Shown here: in pieces, positions 40,061-51,364 of the stretch
Layout of the letters: every line of letters starts with the position of its first letter
Position numbering within the stretch: the first letter of the stretch is position 1
From: an uncultured cyanobacterium
Lineage (GTDB): Bacteria > Cyanobacteriota > Cyanobacteriia > Cyanobacteriales > CAWCAG01
Length of the DNA stretch: 64,000 nt
Assembly: GCA_963793425.1 (NCBI GenBank)
Contig: CAWCAG010000005.1
Coordinates: forward strand, 1-64,000
Direction: 5' to 3'
Notes under the pieces: model-generated
The model's input: only the letters and a program-made list of their open reading frames with translations
Database searches by the model: none
What the model was told of the DNA's origin: nothing
Made by a program: the position numbers and the translations under genes

Positions 40061-41140
40061 TTAACCAACCAAAGAAACCTCCGTTTCAGTCATCTTATCT
40101 GGCACTGAAGAATTATTTTCTCGTAGTAAGGTTGCAGTGCTTTTAATACAACCAGCTACAGGTAAAGCAATCAACACCCCTAAAACTCCTGCAACCTTAG
40201 CTCCGATGAGTAAAGAAACTAAAATCCACACGGGATTAAGGCCAATAAATCCTCCTAACAGTTTGGGGGCGACACCATTTTCAACAGCTTGTTCAATAAC
40301 AACAGCTACAACAAGCACTCTTAAACCTAACCAAAAACTCTTTAAGGCAACTAAGAAACTAACCACAAAAATACTTGAGATTGCACCGAAAGGAAACAAA
40401 GCCATCACCCCAACCCCTAAGCCAAACAAGAGGCTAAAGGGAACTTGCAAAATTGTGAAAGCTAAAGTCATGGATGAACCAATGATAGCTGCTAAGGAAG
40501 CTTGACCAATAAAGTAATTGTTAAAGTTTTGCCGTAAGAGTTGTTGTATCTGCGAAGCCGCAGGTTGAGGTAGCCATTCTCCTACACCATTCCACACTTT
40601 TGAGCCTTGCAGAAGTAGGTAAAAGGTGAGTACTATGATCAAGATTGAATCAACAATGTTGCCTACAGTCCCTAAAGCAAAACCAAGAATTTCTCCAGTG
40701 AAAGATTGCAGCAACTCAGAAATTTTGGCAGCGAGTTGACTGGCTACCCCACTAAGTTCGACGGGGAAGTTACGGGCAGTAGCCCACTCATTGAGGGTTT
40801 GCAGTTGTTGAGTCCCAGATTCTAGCCAAGAGGGAAGACGTTCTGCTAATTCTACTATTTGTTCTACAATTATGGGGGCTAAGGTGACACCTAAAATTCC
40901 TAAAACCAAGAAAGCAATGAGGAAAACTCCCAGTACAGCATAGCCACGTTTGATGCGGCGAGAAGTAAGCAATTGAACGGGATAATTTAAGATGAAGGCG
41001 AAGAGGTTGGCGGTGATGAAAACTGTGATTAAAGATTCAAAGTAGTGAAATACTATGAGGAATACCCAGCCATTGAGAATGATCAAGGGGAAAGATAAAG
41101 CCCACTTAACCCAAGATGGTAGTTTGTCGGTTAATGCCAT
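40061..41140 (-). CDS. AI-2E family transporter
   Basis: Multi-TM; AFILNYPV, NYFIGQ, P.LLGGFIGLNPVW, G.LGVLIALP. Confidence 0.85.
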   Translation of the reverse strand: MALTDKLPSWVKWALSFPLIILNGWVFLIVFHYFESLITVFITANLFAFILNYPVQLLTSRRIKRGYAVLGVFLIAFLVLGILGVTLAPIIVEQIVELAERLPSWLESGTQQLQTLNEWATARNFPVELSGVASQLAAKISELLQSFTGEILGFALGTVGNIVDSILIIVLTFYLLLQGSKVWNGVGEWLPQPAASQIQQLLRQNFNNYFIGQASLAAIIGSSMTLAFTILQVPFSLLFGLGVGVMALFPFGAISSIFVVSFLVALKSFWLGLRVLVVAVVIEQAVENGVAPKLLGGFIGLNPVWILVSLLIGAKVAGVLGVLIALPVAGCIKSTATLLRENNSSVPDKMTETEVSLVG

Positions 41141-41179
41141 ATCAATTTATCATTTATCATTAAACATTGAGCATTTTTC

Positions 41180-41947
41180 CTAGTTAACTAACTGCCAGTT
41201 TTGATTGAAAAACCGGCGGTAGATACCTTGGGTAATTAAGGAAGTTACTATAAGATTAACTAATATTTGCATAAAGAGTAGCAAGATTTCATAGGAAGCA
41301 GCGTTGAGAGGATCTACTCCGGCTAATAACTGCCCAGAGAAAAAAGCTGGTATCGTTGCCATAGCTATCACCGTCATTTGATTAAGGGTGGGGATTAAGC
41401 CTGCCCTAATTGCCTCTCGATGATAAGCAGTTATAGCCTGCTGAGGAGTTGCCCCCAAACTGAGATGGGTTTCAATTTCTAGGCGGTTGTTATTGATGGC
41501 ACTTACTAAACGTCCTCCGGTTATGGTAGAAGCATTAATAGCATTAGCTAAAATCATGGCAGTTATGGGGATGAGATATTGAGGTTGATACCAAGTATCG
41601 GGTTGAACAATTAAGATTGTGGTATAGCACAAAATAACTGCGATCGCAGTTAAGATTGCTCCCCAAATAATTAAAAATAAGCCCCTCAGTTTTTTACCCA
41701 GGTGACTATTAATAAAAACTGCGGCAATAACAGACATTACCCCGACAGTTATTAGTACTAGCCAAGGATTATTAAAGATAAAAATAAAATCCAGGACATA
41801 AGCTACTGCTAACAACTGCACCAAAGATCGCCCTGTAGCTATGATAATTTGGCTGGATAAACCTAGCTTTTGCCAACTCGCAATACCAAGGGCAATTCCA
41901 ATTAAGATTAAGGATAGGATTAAGTCAAAAAAGTTTAGTTGGTTCAA
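41180..41947 (-). CDS. fetB: Iron export ABC transporter permease FetB (UPF0014)
   Basis: ATGRSLVQL, WYQPQYLIP, IETHLSLGATP, IPTLN, GQLLAGVDPLNAASY. Confidence 0.8.
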   Translation of the reverse strand: MNQLNFFDLILSLILIGIALGIASWQKLGLSSQIIIATGRSLVQLLAVAYVLDFIFIFNNPWLVLITVGVMSVIAAVFINSHLGKKLRGLFLIIWGAILTAIAVILCYTTILIVQPDTWYQPQYLIPITAMILANAINASTITGGRLVSAINNNRLEIETHLSLGATPQQAITAYHREAIRAGLIPTLNQMTVIAMATIPAFFSGQLLAGVDPLNAASYEILLLFMQILVNLIVTSLITQGIYRRFFNQNWQLVN

Positions 41948-42619
41948 TCAATTTCCTTCAATTCTTTGTTGCACTCTCTGACGGGAAGAAGAAGAAGAAA
42001 AAGCTTCGTAAACAGTATACCAATTTGCTTTATCTACTACTCTAGGATAAAGCATTACTGCTACATCTTCTTGTTCTGCCGGGAATCTAAAAGCTGCAAT
42101 AATTTCTTTAACTTGGGCGACAGTAAAATAGCCGGCCCTGGCAGGTTGTGCTAAAAATTCCATTTGATTAGGGCGACTGCGCTTAAGTGCTGTGATAAAT
42201 TGAGCAAACTCCCTCTCATTCATCAAGACACCAACAGAAGTATCCCCAGGAAGATTACTTCCTTGATAACTACCTATAGCACTGTAGATACGGCGTACCC
42301 AATTAATAACTTCAGCCTGCTGATTAGTACTTACTCCTGCCACAATAATAGTGGCTTGGGTGGCTCTACCGGAAGTTATGCTACAATCAACCACAGCTTT
42401 CAGGTTACCTCTTGTACCAGTGGCAGAAACAGAACTTTTAGCTAAGTTACGAAAACCTTCATTCCTTAAAACAGCCTGTGCCAACTCCACGCAACCTTGA
42501 CTATTGGTATTTAACTGTAGGTAAGCATATTGTAACTCCGCAGCGGCGATCGCTCTTGTGGCAGTGCTTAATAAACTGAAGCTACAAGCGATCACTAAAG
42601 TTGGATAGAGATTTTTCAT
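41948..42619 (-). CDS. Secreted protein with C-terminal DUF4476-like domain
   Basis: Signal peptide from MKNLYP; C-terminal MNEREF...YFTVAQVKEIIAAFRF...LYPRVVDKANW..VYEAF. Confidence 0.65.
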   Translation of the reverse strand: MKNLYPTLVIACSFSLLSTATRAIAAAELQYAYLQLNTNSQGCVELAQAVLRNEGFRNLAKSSVSATGTRGNLKAVVDCSITSGRATQATIIVAGVSTNQQAEVINWVRRIYSAIGSYQGSNLPGDTSVGVLMNEREFAQFITALKRSRPNQMEFLAQPARAGYFTVAQVKEIIAAFRFPAEQEDVAVMLYPRVVDKANWYTVYEAFSSSSSRQRVQQRIEGN

Positions 42620-42695
42620 AATGTCCTGTGAAAGTGTAGAGTATTTGAGACGAGTAGGCAATAGCGTTTGTTGCTAGGAAGGAAAGGCAAAGATT

Positions 42696-43514
42696 ATGAA
42701 GATTACTATTCTTGGCTGTGGTTATGTCGGTAAAGCTGTGGCAAATAAATGGAATGCTGCTGGGCATAATCTTACTGTTACGACAACCACCCCGGAAAAG
42801 GTGACAGAATTAGAAAAAGTTGCTCAGAAAGTAGTAGTTTTAAAAGGAGATGATCTTCCTGCCCTAACTAAACTAATTGCTGACCAAGAAACAATTCTTT
42901 TCAGTATTGGAGCAAAAAAACGTACCGTCGCCGCTTATCAAGAAGCCTATCTAAATACTGCGAAGAATTTAGTTACTGCCCTAGAAAATAGTTCTACAGT
43001 TAAACAGTTAATTTATACCGGAAGTTATGCTCTTTATGGTGATCAAAAAGGAGAGTGGATTGATGAAACTGCTCCCCTTGTCCCTGAAAATGAATATGGC
43101 CAGATATTAGCAGAAACAGAGCAAGTTTTATTGAATACTAACTTACCAGTCTGTATCTTCCGTTTAGGAGGAATTTACGGCCCTGGCAGAGAAATAATTA
43201 AAATTTTCCGTAGTTTGGCTGGCACGACTCGTCCTGGTACAGGAGAAGATGCAGCTAATTGGATTCATTTAGATGATATTGTCTCTGCTTTAGAATTAGC
43301 AAGAGCAAAGAAATTAGCGGGAATTTACAACTTGGTAAATGATGTTCCCTTAACTAAAAAACAGTTGTTAGACAAAATATGTAATAAACATGATTTAGCA
43401 CCCGTTAGCTGGTCTAATTCCCCTGATTATACAAGTCCTTATAATGCTCGGCTATCTAACCAAAAAATTAAAGATGCTGGTTTGAAATTAATACACCAGG
43501 AAACTGAGGTTTAG
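42696..43514 (+). CDS. NAD-dependent epimerase/dehydratase (atypical SDR)
   Basis: ILGCGYVG, RLGGIYGPGR, NWIHLDDI, IYNLVND. Confidence 0.88.
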   Translation: MKITILGCGYVGKAVANKWNAAGHNLTVTTTTPEKVTELEKVAQKVVVLKGDDLPALTKLIADQETILFSIGAKKRTVAAYQEAYLNTAKNLVTALENSSTVKQLIYTGSYALYGDQKGEWIDETAPLVPENEYGQILAETEQVLLNTNLPVCIFRLGGIYGPGREIIKIFRSLAGTTRPGTGEDAANWIHLDDIVSALELARAKKLAGIYNLVNDVPLTKKQLLDKICNKHDLAPVSWSNSPDYTSPYNARLSNQKIKDAGLKLIHQETEV

Positions 43515-43680
43515 GAGCAATAAGTTGTGTTGTCAGGCATTTAATTTACTTATTGGGATTGACGGGGTGATGGGGAGCCAGGGAGCAAGTAAGCTTAAAA
43601 GGATAATCAAACTATCCGGACTAGCTATTTACTTTTAAGCATTATATTGGGTAGTTTAAAGAAAACCAACTTTTTAAATA

Positions 43681-44772
43681 ATGATTCGGGAAATACGCAT
43701 TGATAACTACAAATCTATCAAGCAACTTAAACTAAATTTAGGTAGAGTTACAGTTTTAATTGGTGAAAATGGTTGCGGTAAGACCAATATTTTAGAAGGT
43801 ATTGCCTTAGTTGCTGCTGCGGCTAGTGATAGATTAGACAATGAGTTTTTAAACTCTAGAGGTATCCGAGTCACAGAACCACAATTGATGCGTTCTGGTT
43901 TTGAAGCAAACCAAGGAACTCAAAATATTAAAATCTCTCTTTCTGGGGATAACAAATTAGAATTTAGCTGTTCTCTCCAAAATGATAATAAACCTTATTC
44001 CCAATGGATTAATCGCGAATCAAAAAAATTACATGACACAGTTTCTTTATTAAACTTTTTAGACCAGAAGTATCAAAACTTAGGAGGAAGCAGCGAAGAA
44101 TATAAAAGTATTTTAAGGCGGTTTTTACAGAAACAGCAGATGCTAGATAAGCTATCAGACTTGCAAAGATTTGTTGTCTATTCTCCTCAAAAACAAGAGT
44201 TACGTACCTTTGAAAAAGAAGAACAGCTTCAACCTTTAGGAATACATGGAGAAGGACTATTCAAACTGTTAACTGTCTTAAACTCCCACTCCAACCAAAC
44301 TAAACTAGAAGAAATTAAGCAGAAGCTTAAGCTAATATCTTGGTTTGAAGATTTTACTATTCCTTCCAATCTATCTCCCAATGAAAGAAAAATTGCTATT
44401 AAAGATAAATTCCTAGATGCAAATTTAGCTTACTTCGACCAAAAAAGTGCTAACGAAGGATTCCTCTTTCTACTTTTTTACTTTACCCTCTTCATTAGTA
44501 AAGAAACCCCTACATTTTTTGCTATTGATAATATTGACGCTTCTTTACATCCGAAACTATGTAGTCAGTTGATTAAAGAGTTGGTACAACTAGCCGTAAA
44601 AAATAATAAACAGGTAATTGTTACTGCTCATAATCCAGCGATTTTAACTGGCTTGGATCTTGATAATGATGAGCAGAGAATCGTAGTTGTTTACCGTAAC
44701 AATGCTGGCCATACTCAAACAAAACGTATCCTGAAGCCAAAAACTGCTGAAGCGAAAAAAAAGGCGAGCTAA
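43681..44772 (+). CDS. AAA_15/AAA_21-type ABC-fold ATPase
   Basis: IDNYKSI, Walker A GENGCGKT, SANEGF signature region, Walker B FAIDNID, TAHNP H-loop. Confidence 0.85.
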   Translation: MIREIRIDNYKSIKQLKLNLGRVTVLIGENGCGKTNILEGIALVAAAASDRLDNEFLNSRGIRVTEPQLMRSGFEANQGTQNIKISLSGDNKLEFSCSLQNDNKPYSQWINRESKKLHDTVSLLNFLDQKYQNLGGSSEEYKSILRRFLQKQQMLDKLSDLQRFVVYSPQKQELRTFEKEEQLQPLGIHGEGLFKLLTVLNSHSNQTKLEEIKQKLKLISWFEDFTIPSNLSPNERKIAIKDKFLDANLAYFDQKSANEGFLFLLFYFTLFISKETPTFFAIDNIDASLHPKLCSQLIKELVQLAVKNNKQVIVTAHNPAILTGLDLDNDEQRIVVVYRNNAGHTQTKRILKPKTAEAKKKAS

Positions 44773-44806
44773 ATTGTTATTATTAATAACCAATATTTAA
44801 CGATAA

Positions 44807-46018
44807 ATGATTAAAATCGCTTACTTGGAATGCCCGACAGGAATTGCTGGGGATATGTGTTTGGGGGCTTTGGTTGATGTTGGTGTACCTTTACCTTACT
44901 TAACTGAACAATTAGAGGGTTTAGGTATTAAAGAAGAATACCAACTTAAAGCAGAGAAAGTTAAACACAATGGGCAAATTGGTACAAAAGTCCAGGTGAA
45001 TTTATGCCCTGAATCCTCAAGTAACCATCACCATCACCCTCCTGCCAGACATTTACCAGAAATTGAGAAAATGATTCACCAAGCAAACTTACCCTCACGG
45101 GTAACAGCTTGGAGTTTGCGAGTATTTCGCCAGTTAGCTGAGGCAGAAGGGGCAGTCCATGGAACTTCACCAGAGAAGGTACACTTCCATGAAGTAGGGG
45201 CAACAGATGCCCTGATAGATATTATTGGTACTTGCTTAGGTTTAGATTGGTTAGGCATTGAACATCTATATTGCTCTGCTTTACCCACTGGAGGGGGTAC
45301 TGTCAAAGCCGCCCACGGATTGCTCCCTGTACCTGTACCTGCGGTTTTGAAGCTTTGGGAAACACGCCAAGTACCAATTTATAGTAACGGCATCAATAAA
45401 GAGTTAGTCACCCCTACAGGGGCAGCGATCGCCGTAGCTTTAGCCACAGATTTTGGTTCTCCTCCCATGATGGAATTAGTGAAAGTAGGATTAGGAGCAG
45501 GTACTGCTCAATTACCCTTACCTAATTTACTACGTCTGTGGCTTGGCAATGTTGCCCAATCACCAAAAACAGACATTATCTCGGTTTTAGAAACCCAAAT
45601 TGATGATTTGAATCCTCAAGTTATTGGCTATGTATTTGAGGAATTATTTAAAGTGGGGGCTGTTGATGTTTTTAGCCAAGGAATTGGTATGAAAAAGTCT
45701 CGCCCTGGTATTCTTTTAACTGTTATTTGTCATCCTGAAAAAGTGGCAGTTTGTGAAGCGGTTTTATTTAAAGAAACCACTACTTTAGGTATTCGCCACC
45801 GCACCCAAGCAAGAAGTATTTTGTCAAGGGAAATTCAAGAAGTAAAAACAGCTTATGGTGTGGTGCGGGTTAAGGTAGCTAGTCAAGAAGTTAACGGAGC
45901 AAAAAAGATATTTAATATACAACCAGAGTATGAAGATTGCGCCCAATTAGCTAGAATGAATAACCAAACTTGGCTCACTATTCACCAAATGGCTTTAGAT
46001 GCTTGGTATAGCAAATAA
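44807..46018 (+). CDS. larC: Nickel pincer cofactor biosynthesis protein LarC
   Basis: [11 protein letters not shown], His-rich stretch, [46 protein letters not shown]. Confidence 0.92.
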   Translation: MIKIAYLECPTGIAGDMCLGALVDVGVPLPYLTEQLEGLGIKEEYQLKAEKVKHNGQIGTKVQVNLCPESSSNHHHHPPARHLPEIEKMIHQANLPSRVTAWSLRVFRQLAEAEGAVHGTSPEKVHFHEVGATDALIDIIGTCLGLDWLGIEHLYCSALPTGGGTVKAAHGLLPVPVPAVLKLWETRQVPIYSNGINKELVTPTGAAIAVALATDFGSPPMMELVKVGLGAGTAQLPLPNLLRLWLGNVAQSPKTDIISVLETQIDDLNPQVIGYVFEELFKVGAVDVFSQGIGMKKSRPGILLTVICHPEKVAVCEAVLFKETTTLGIRHRTQARSILSREIQEVKTAYGVVRVKVASQEVNGAKKIFNIQPEYEDCAQLARMNNQTWLTIHQMALDAWYSK

Positions 46019-46052
46019 TTTAAAGATTCTGTCACCTTAATTAGGAGAAAGT

Positions 46053-46676
46053 TTAGTTCTGTCGCTTCTTGATCATAGTACTAAAAGTTCCCAGAGCAAT
46101 TAGTCCTAATATTGAACTAGGTTCTGGGACAGAAGTATTAGGAGGATAATCTTCCCAAGCTTTAATAGAAGTGAAAGCATTAGGAGAAAAGACAGTAACA
46201 CCTGGTGCTAAATTAAGCAAAACTAAACCAGTAGAACTAATTTCTGGAGGTAAATCTTCCGATGTCCAACTATCTTGACTATAATTAAAGAGTGCCAAAG
46301 ATTGATAATTATCTGGATAATTAGGATCGAAATCTTCAAAACCATCGAAGATAAGTACATCTGTGGTAATTCCCGAAGAATTCTCAAAATTATCCGCTAC
46401 AACTAGGGAATTATTTAAACCAGTGAAAATTTTCTCCCCTACAAATATTTCAAAAGATAGACTTGCTTTTTGATATAAACTACCAAAGTTTGTTACTACA
46501 GGAGCTACAGAATTATTAAAAATAAAGTTACCTTTAACTAACTCTCCAGTATTGAAGTTGTTAAAATTAAACTCCAAACTAAAAATAGCTGCTTGAACTG
46601 GAGTTATGGTTAAGCTTATCAAAGCCACCAAGGTAGTTACAATAGTAGTAACTGAAAAACTATTTCTTAAGCTCAT
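46053..46676 (-). CDS. PEP-CTERM sorting domain protein
   Basis: Signal peptide ending VQAA; C-terminal VPEPSSILGL + TM + KKRQ. Confidence 0.85.
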   Translation of the reverse strand: MSLRNSFSVTTIVTTLVALISLTITPVQAAIFSLEFNFNNFNTGELVKGNFIFNNSVAPVVTNFGSLYQKASLSFEIFVGEKIFTGLNNSLVVADNFENSSGITTDVLIFDGFEDFDPNYPDNYQSLALFNYSQDSWTSEDLPPEISSTGLVLLNLAPGVTVFSPNAFTSIKAWEDYPPNTSVPEPSSILGLIALGTFSTMIKKRQN

Positions 46677-46956
46677 GACATTATTATTCCCGGCGTAGTT
46701 GAGATGCTGACAAGAAGATGATGATTTGCGTGCTGAGGTAGATTCCCTTAATTAAGGTATGAGATGCAGCCAGTTATGGAGATTTTCTTCACCTTAACTT
46801 CTAGATACAACTTTCTTTCCTTAATTCTTTTGTGATAGTTGCATAATCTAAAAGCAAAGAAAGAATCGGCGCTCAGATTGCGATTGCCACCTTGTTTATT
46901 TATTCAAACAAATTTTTTAGGTATAGAGAAAAATAATTTCTCAAGCATTAATTTAT

Positions 46957-47850
46957 TTAGTTAATTAACTCAACAAACTGACTAACCACTCCGACAAATT
47001 CTGAGGTTGACTCGTAGGGGAGTACATTGCGCCCTGATATTTGTTTACCTTCACTGTTAGGAAAATGTTTCAGGTAAGCTTCTAAGCGTTGTGCTGGGGT
47101 TTCGGTAAATCCTTCCCGACTAATACTAGAAGCCTGTTTTCCCATCACAACTAAAGTTGGTTGATTAATCTGGGCAATTGATTGAGAATAATCCTGTCGC
47201 CAAAATCCTGAGAGGAAAGAAAAAACTGCATGGCGACTAGCAAGATTTTGAGATCCTTCTTTTAAAGTATTTAACCATTCTTCATCTACAGCCTCTGATG
47301 CAGCAAAAAGTTGGCGTATAGAAAAAGACTGCAAAAATTGGCGACGACGGGCATAACGATAAAAAGCATTGCCAAAAGGAGAAGCAAACAAATTCCAAGC
47401 TAGGCGCTGTTGCAGAGATTGCTTATCCTCGCTAATTAATCTCCAAGCTGGAGGCCCTGAAAAAATTAGCCCTTTGATTAATTCTGGTCGTTTCTCAACT
47501 AAGGCGATCCCTACAGGTAATAAAGCTCCTTGACAGACAAGTATAACAGGAGTTTTCACCACAGTTTGCACAAAATAGCCCAACTGTTCTGCCCAATCTT
47601 CAGGATAGTAAGCGAAATAGGGCATAGCACTATCTCCGCAACCAAGTAAGTCAGGATTATAGAGGGCATTTCCCAAACCAGTTTTGAGCCAAGCATCGCC
47701 AAAACGCTGCCAAAAAAGGCGAGATAAGCCAACACCAATAGGGTGGAGTAAAAGCAGAGCTGGTTTGTTGTGGTTAACAACTGTGGGCTTATGGATTTCG
47801 TAAGCACAAGAAAAACCAAGCCAATCATAAAAACTAGTTGAAGAAGTCAT
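46957..47850 (-). CDS. Alpha/beta fold hydrolase
   Basis: LLLHPIGVG, PDLLGCG, QPTLVVMG, GRNVLPYE; the canonical nucleophile Ser is not evident (VCQGA). Confidence 0.8.
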   Translation of the reverse strand: MTSSTSFYDWLGFSCAYEIHKPTVVNHNKPALLLLHPIGVGLSRLFWQRFGDAWLKTGLGNALYNPDLLGCGDSAMPYFAYYPEDWAEQLGYFVQTVVKTPVILVCQGALLPVGIALVEKRPELIKGLIFSGPPAWRLISEDKQSLQQRLAWNLFASPFGNAFYRYARRRQFLQSFSIRQLFAASEAVDEEWLNTLKEGSQNLASRHAVFSFLSGFWRQDYSQSIAQINQPTLVVMGKQASSISREGFTETPAQRLEAYLKHFPNSEGKQISGRNVLPYESTSEFVGVVSQFVELIN

Positions 47851-47947
47851 TGTTTTTCTTCCCTATTTATTCTCTATAGTCTTCTAACTTTATCTGTATG
47901 TCTAGGAAAAACTATCTTAAAATTTTCTGTATATAGAGGAATGAATA

Positions 47948-48997
47948 ATGCTAAAAAAATTAAAACTCGGAGTCAAATTCACTTTGGTTTTAGGGTTCAT
48001 TTTTATTGTAGGAACTAGTTTAAGTTATACTGTATTGACTCAAACCCAAGAGCTAGCTGCCCAAAAGATAGTTAAAGAACAGGCTATTCTACTTATGGAT
48101 ACCATGAGTGCTTTAAGAGATTTTCATAGCACACAAATTAGTCCTTTAATCAAACCTCGCTTAGAAAGTAGTCCAGAATTTATTCCTGAAGTCATTCCTA
48201 GTTTTACTGTCAGACAGGTATTTGAAGAATTCCGCCAAAAAGAAGAGTACCTTCATTATCTCTATAAAGATGCAACCTTAAACCCTACTAACTTGCGAGA
48301 TAAAGCTGATCAATTTGAGGCTAAATTGGTAGGAGATTTTCGTCAAGATTCAGAACTTAAAGAATTATATGGATTTCGCCCCCTCAAACAAGAAAAATTA
48401 TTTTATATAGCTCGTCCTTTAAAAATCACTAAAGCCAATTGCTTAGTTTGTCACAATACTCCAGAAGAAGCACCAGCAAGTTTAATTAAAACCTATGGCT
48501 CAGAAAATGGCTTTGGTTGGAAACTAAATGAAATTATTGGCGCACAAACTATTTATATTCCTGCTAGTGATATTTTCGCCTTAGCAAGAAGAAATGGTTT
48601 AGTTGCCATAGCCACTTTCATGGTAATTTTCACCCTGGTTTTGTTAGTTATTAATAGCTTACTGAAACGAACTGTAGTTGAACCTCTAAAACCCATGGCT
48701 AGTTTAGCCCAACAAATGGTAACTCGTGAAGATTCTTCTGCCCCAGAAAAAGTAGGAGATGAAGTTGATCTAGAAAAGCTGAGTAAAATAGCGAAACGTT
48801 ATGATGAACTAGGGCAGTTAGCCAAAATTTTCCAGCAAATGGCCTATGCTATTCACTCCCGCGAACAAGGCTTTGTCCAAAAGTTGCAAGCCCTCTTAGA
48901 AGCAGACAAAACCAATACCGAGTCTCTCTCTCAAAAAGATAAGCTACAAAGACTTTTAGCTAGATCGAAAGGACTTCGCCATAACTCTAAATCTTAA
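47948..48997 (+). CDS. Membrane sensor with DUF3365 (Tll0287-like c-type heme) domain and HAMP domain
   Basis: TM, YKDATLNPTN.RD, CLVCH heme-binding motif, GFGWKLNEIIGAQ, TM, HAMP (DELGQLAKIFQQM). Confidence 0.85.
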   Translation: MLKKLKLGVKFTLVLGFIFIVGTSLSYTVLTQTQELAAQKIVKEQAILLMDTMSALRDFHSTQISPLIKPRLESSPEFIPEVIPSFTVRQVFEEFRQKEEYLHYLYKDATLNPTNLRDKADQFEAKLVGDFRQDSELKELYGFRPLKQEKLFYIARPLKITKANCLVCHNTPEEAPASLIKTYGSENGFGWKLNEIIGAQTIYIPASDIFALARRNGLVAIATFMVIFTLVLLVINSLLKRTVVEPLKPMASLAQQMVTREDSSAPEKVGDEVDLEKLSKIAKRYDELGQLAKIFQQMAYAIHSREQGFVQKLQALLEADKTNTESLSQKDKLQRLLARSKGLRHNSKS

Positions 48998-49001
48998 CCT
49001 G

Positions 49002-49523
49002 CTAATTGTTAATTTTTAATTCAATAGAATTAGCCAACTCCGAAGCCACACGAGCAGTATAAGGTTTAATCAGCCACCAAAGTAAAGGAGACAACCAACC
49101 GCGTAAAGTAACTGAGTAAGAAATATAAGTACCACAAAGAGTTGATTCTATTTGGTAAGTTATACGCTGTTCCACACCAGGAAGAGCTAAAACTCGGAAA
49201 CTAAGAAATTCCCTAGGGCAAACCCTTTCCACAAAAATTCTGACCGGAATAGGGGTGAAGCGAGTCACGACCTGATAAATAATACCCGGTTTAGCAGCTA
49301 AGCCCCAAGGAGCATTACTCTGGTTAATCAGAGGATGCCAAGATACATCAGCTAAGTTAACTATCTTTTGCCACAAAATATCTACTGGGGCTTTACTTAA
49401 AGCTCTGTAAGTCTTGTAGAGGAAGAATTTGTTATTGTACTTACCTTGATTCCTCAAAAAACCGAAAGAAAAATTTAGAATAACAATACCCCCTAAGTTT
49501 GCTCTCAAATTCAGATAACTCAC
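49002..49523 (-). CDS. SRPBCC / polyketide cyclase-like protein
   Basis: APVDILWQKIVNLADVSWHP, YQIESTLCGTYISYSVTLRGWLSP; start uncertain. Confidence 0.75.
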   Translation of the reverse strand: MSYLNLRANLGGIVILNFSFGFLRNQGKYNNKFFLYKTYRALSKAPVDILWQKIVNLADVSWHPLINQSNAPWGLAAKPGIIYQVVTRFTPIPVRIFVERVCPREFLSFRVLALPGVEQRITYQIESTLCGTYISYSVTLRGWLSPLLWWLIKPYTARVASELANSIELKINN

Positions 49524-49741
49524 ACATTTTATGAAGAACTATAGCTAAAATTGTTTTCTTGCTCAAAAATTCTTCATAAAGAATTTTTGACTCTTTAAAA
49601 AACTAGGGACATAACAGCGTTTAGATTTAGACCCAGTGAATGCTAAACTTCTCAACAGAGGTATGGAATCATCAATAAAATTAGAGCGAAGATACCCACC
49701 TGCCCCATTCTTTTTCTCTTGCAGTATGTTGAATTGAAATT

Positions 49742-50785
49742 ATGACAGCTATTCAAACAGACTTAAAAACTTCTACCACATCTAATGCTTCGACACCACC
49801 GGCTAATTCCCAAAAAAGAGTTAGCCAATTTATGCAGCAACTCCAAGATAAAATCTGTAAAAAACTTGAAGAAGCTGATGGTGGCAGCAAATTTGCTGAA
49901 GATAGTTGGCAAAGAGAAGAAGGTGGCGGAGGACGTTCCCGCGTCATTAGAGAGGGAAATGTCCTAGAACAAGGAGGAGTAAACTTTTCTGAAGTTTGGG
50001 GTGAAAACTTGCCTTCCTCCATTTTAAAACAGCGTCCAGAGGCAAAAGGACACGGTTTTTATGCCACCGGAACCTCAATGGTTTTACATCCTCGTAATCC
50101 TTATGTTCCTACAGTCCACCTCAACTACCGCTATTTTGAAGCGGGACCTGTATGGTGGTTTGGTGGGGGAGTAGACTTAACCCCCTACTATCCCTTCGCT
50201 GAAGATGTTGCCCATTTCCATCGTACTTTAAAATCAGCTTGCGATCGCCATAATCCTGCCTATTATTCAGTCTTTAAACCCTGGTGTGACGAATATTTTT
50301 ATCTCAAGCATCGCCAGGAAACCAGAGGGGTAGGAGGATTATTCTTTGACTATCAAAGTGGTACAGGAGAGTTGTATCATGGACCAAATCCAGAAGGTAA
50401 AGCCGCAGAAACAAGTAAACAAATTGGCTCAATTCCCCAGCGCAATTGGGAGGACTTGTTTAAGTTTGTTCAGGGTTGCGGTCAAGCTTTCTTACCAGCC
50501 TATGTTCCCATCATCGAAAAGCGCCAAGCCAAAGAATACGGTGAAAGGGAACGGAATTTTCAACTCTATCGTCGGGGACGTTACGTAGAATTTAACTTAG
50601 TTTATGACAGAGGAACTATCTTTGGCTTACAAACAAATGGACGTACAGAATCAATTCTAATGTCTTTACCACCCTTAGTACGTTGGGAATATAATTATCA
50701 TCCTGAACCAAATACCCCAGAAGCCCAATTGTATAATACCTTTCTTAAACCCCAAGAATGGGTTGATTGGACACCATCTACATAA
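49742..50785 (+). CDS. hemF: Oxygen-dependent coproporphyrinogen III oxidase
   Basis: [48 protein letters not shown]. Confidence 0.96.
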   Translation: MTAIQTDLKTSTTSNASTPPANSQKRVSQFMQQLQDKICKKLEEADGGSKFAEDSWQREEGGGGRSRVIREGNVLEQGGVNFSEVWGENLPSSILKQRPEAKGHGFYATGTSMVLHPRNPYVPTVHLNYRYFEAGPVWWFGGGVDLTPYYPFAEDVAHFHRTLKSACDRHNPAYYSVFKPWCDEYFYLKHRQETRGVGGLFFDYQSGTGELYHGPNPEGKAAETSKQIGSIPQRNWEDLFKFVQGCGQAFLPAYVPIIEKRQAKEYGERERNFQLYRRGRYVEFNLVYDRGTIFGLQTNGRTESILMSLPPLVRWEYNYHPEPNTPEAQLYNTFLKPQEWVDWTPST

Positions 50786-50967
50786 AAATGTTCTAAGTTA
50801 AAATACAAAGTACAATAAGCGATTGACATGCCAGGGTGATGGCTTTGACCCTTAATTTCCCACAGGGTTAGTATCAAAAAGATGTCAGAGATTCAATCGT
50901 TGTCGAGAAAAGTAACTCTCAATTGTTCTAAATTTTGAATTTAAAGAGTTACTGTTGTTAGGAGGTA

Positions 50968-51333
50968 TTGGTGATTCAAATCGAGCAGAAAAGTCATACA
51001 ACCGAAGATGGTACAACTGTCATCGTACTGGCACCAAGCGGTCGTCTAGATATAACAACGGCTTGGCAGTTCCGTCTAAAGTTGCAAGAGTGTATTAATA
51101 AATTCAGCCCTCATGTAGTTGTTAATCTTAGTCAAGTTAACTTTATTGATAGTTCTGGTTTAACTTCCCTAGTAGCAGGAATGAGGGATGCTGACAGAGT
51201 TAAGGGTAGTTTTAGGATCTGTAGTGTTCATCCCGAAGCCAAATTGGTGTTTGAGGTGACCATGATGGATTCAGTATTTGATATTTTTGAAACTGAGGAA
51301 GAAGCTATTAATACAGTGCCGACGAAAAAATAA
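50968..51333 (+). CDS. STAS domain anti-sigma factor antagonist
   Basis: GRLDI, FIDSSGLTSL (phosphorylatable Ser), VFEVTMMDSVF. Confidence 0.9.
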   Translation: MVIQIEQKSHTTEDGTTVIVLAPSGRLDITTAWQFRLKLQECINKFSPHVVVNLSQVNFIDSSGLTSLVAGMRDADRVKGSFRICSVHPEAKLVFEVTMMDSVFDIFETEEEAINTVPTKK

Positions 51334-51364
51334 CCAATCAGCTTACCGAAGCTAAAGAGACAAC

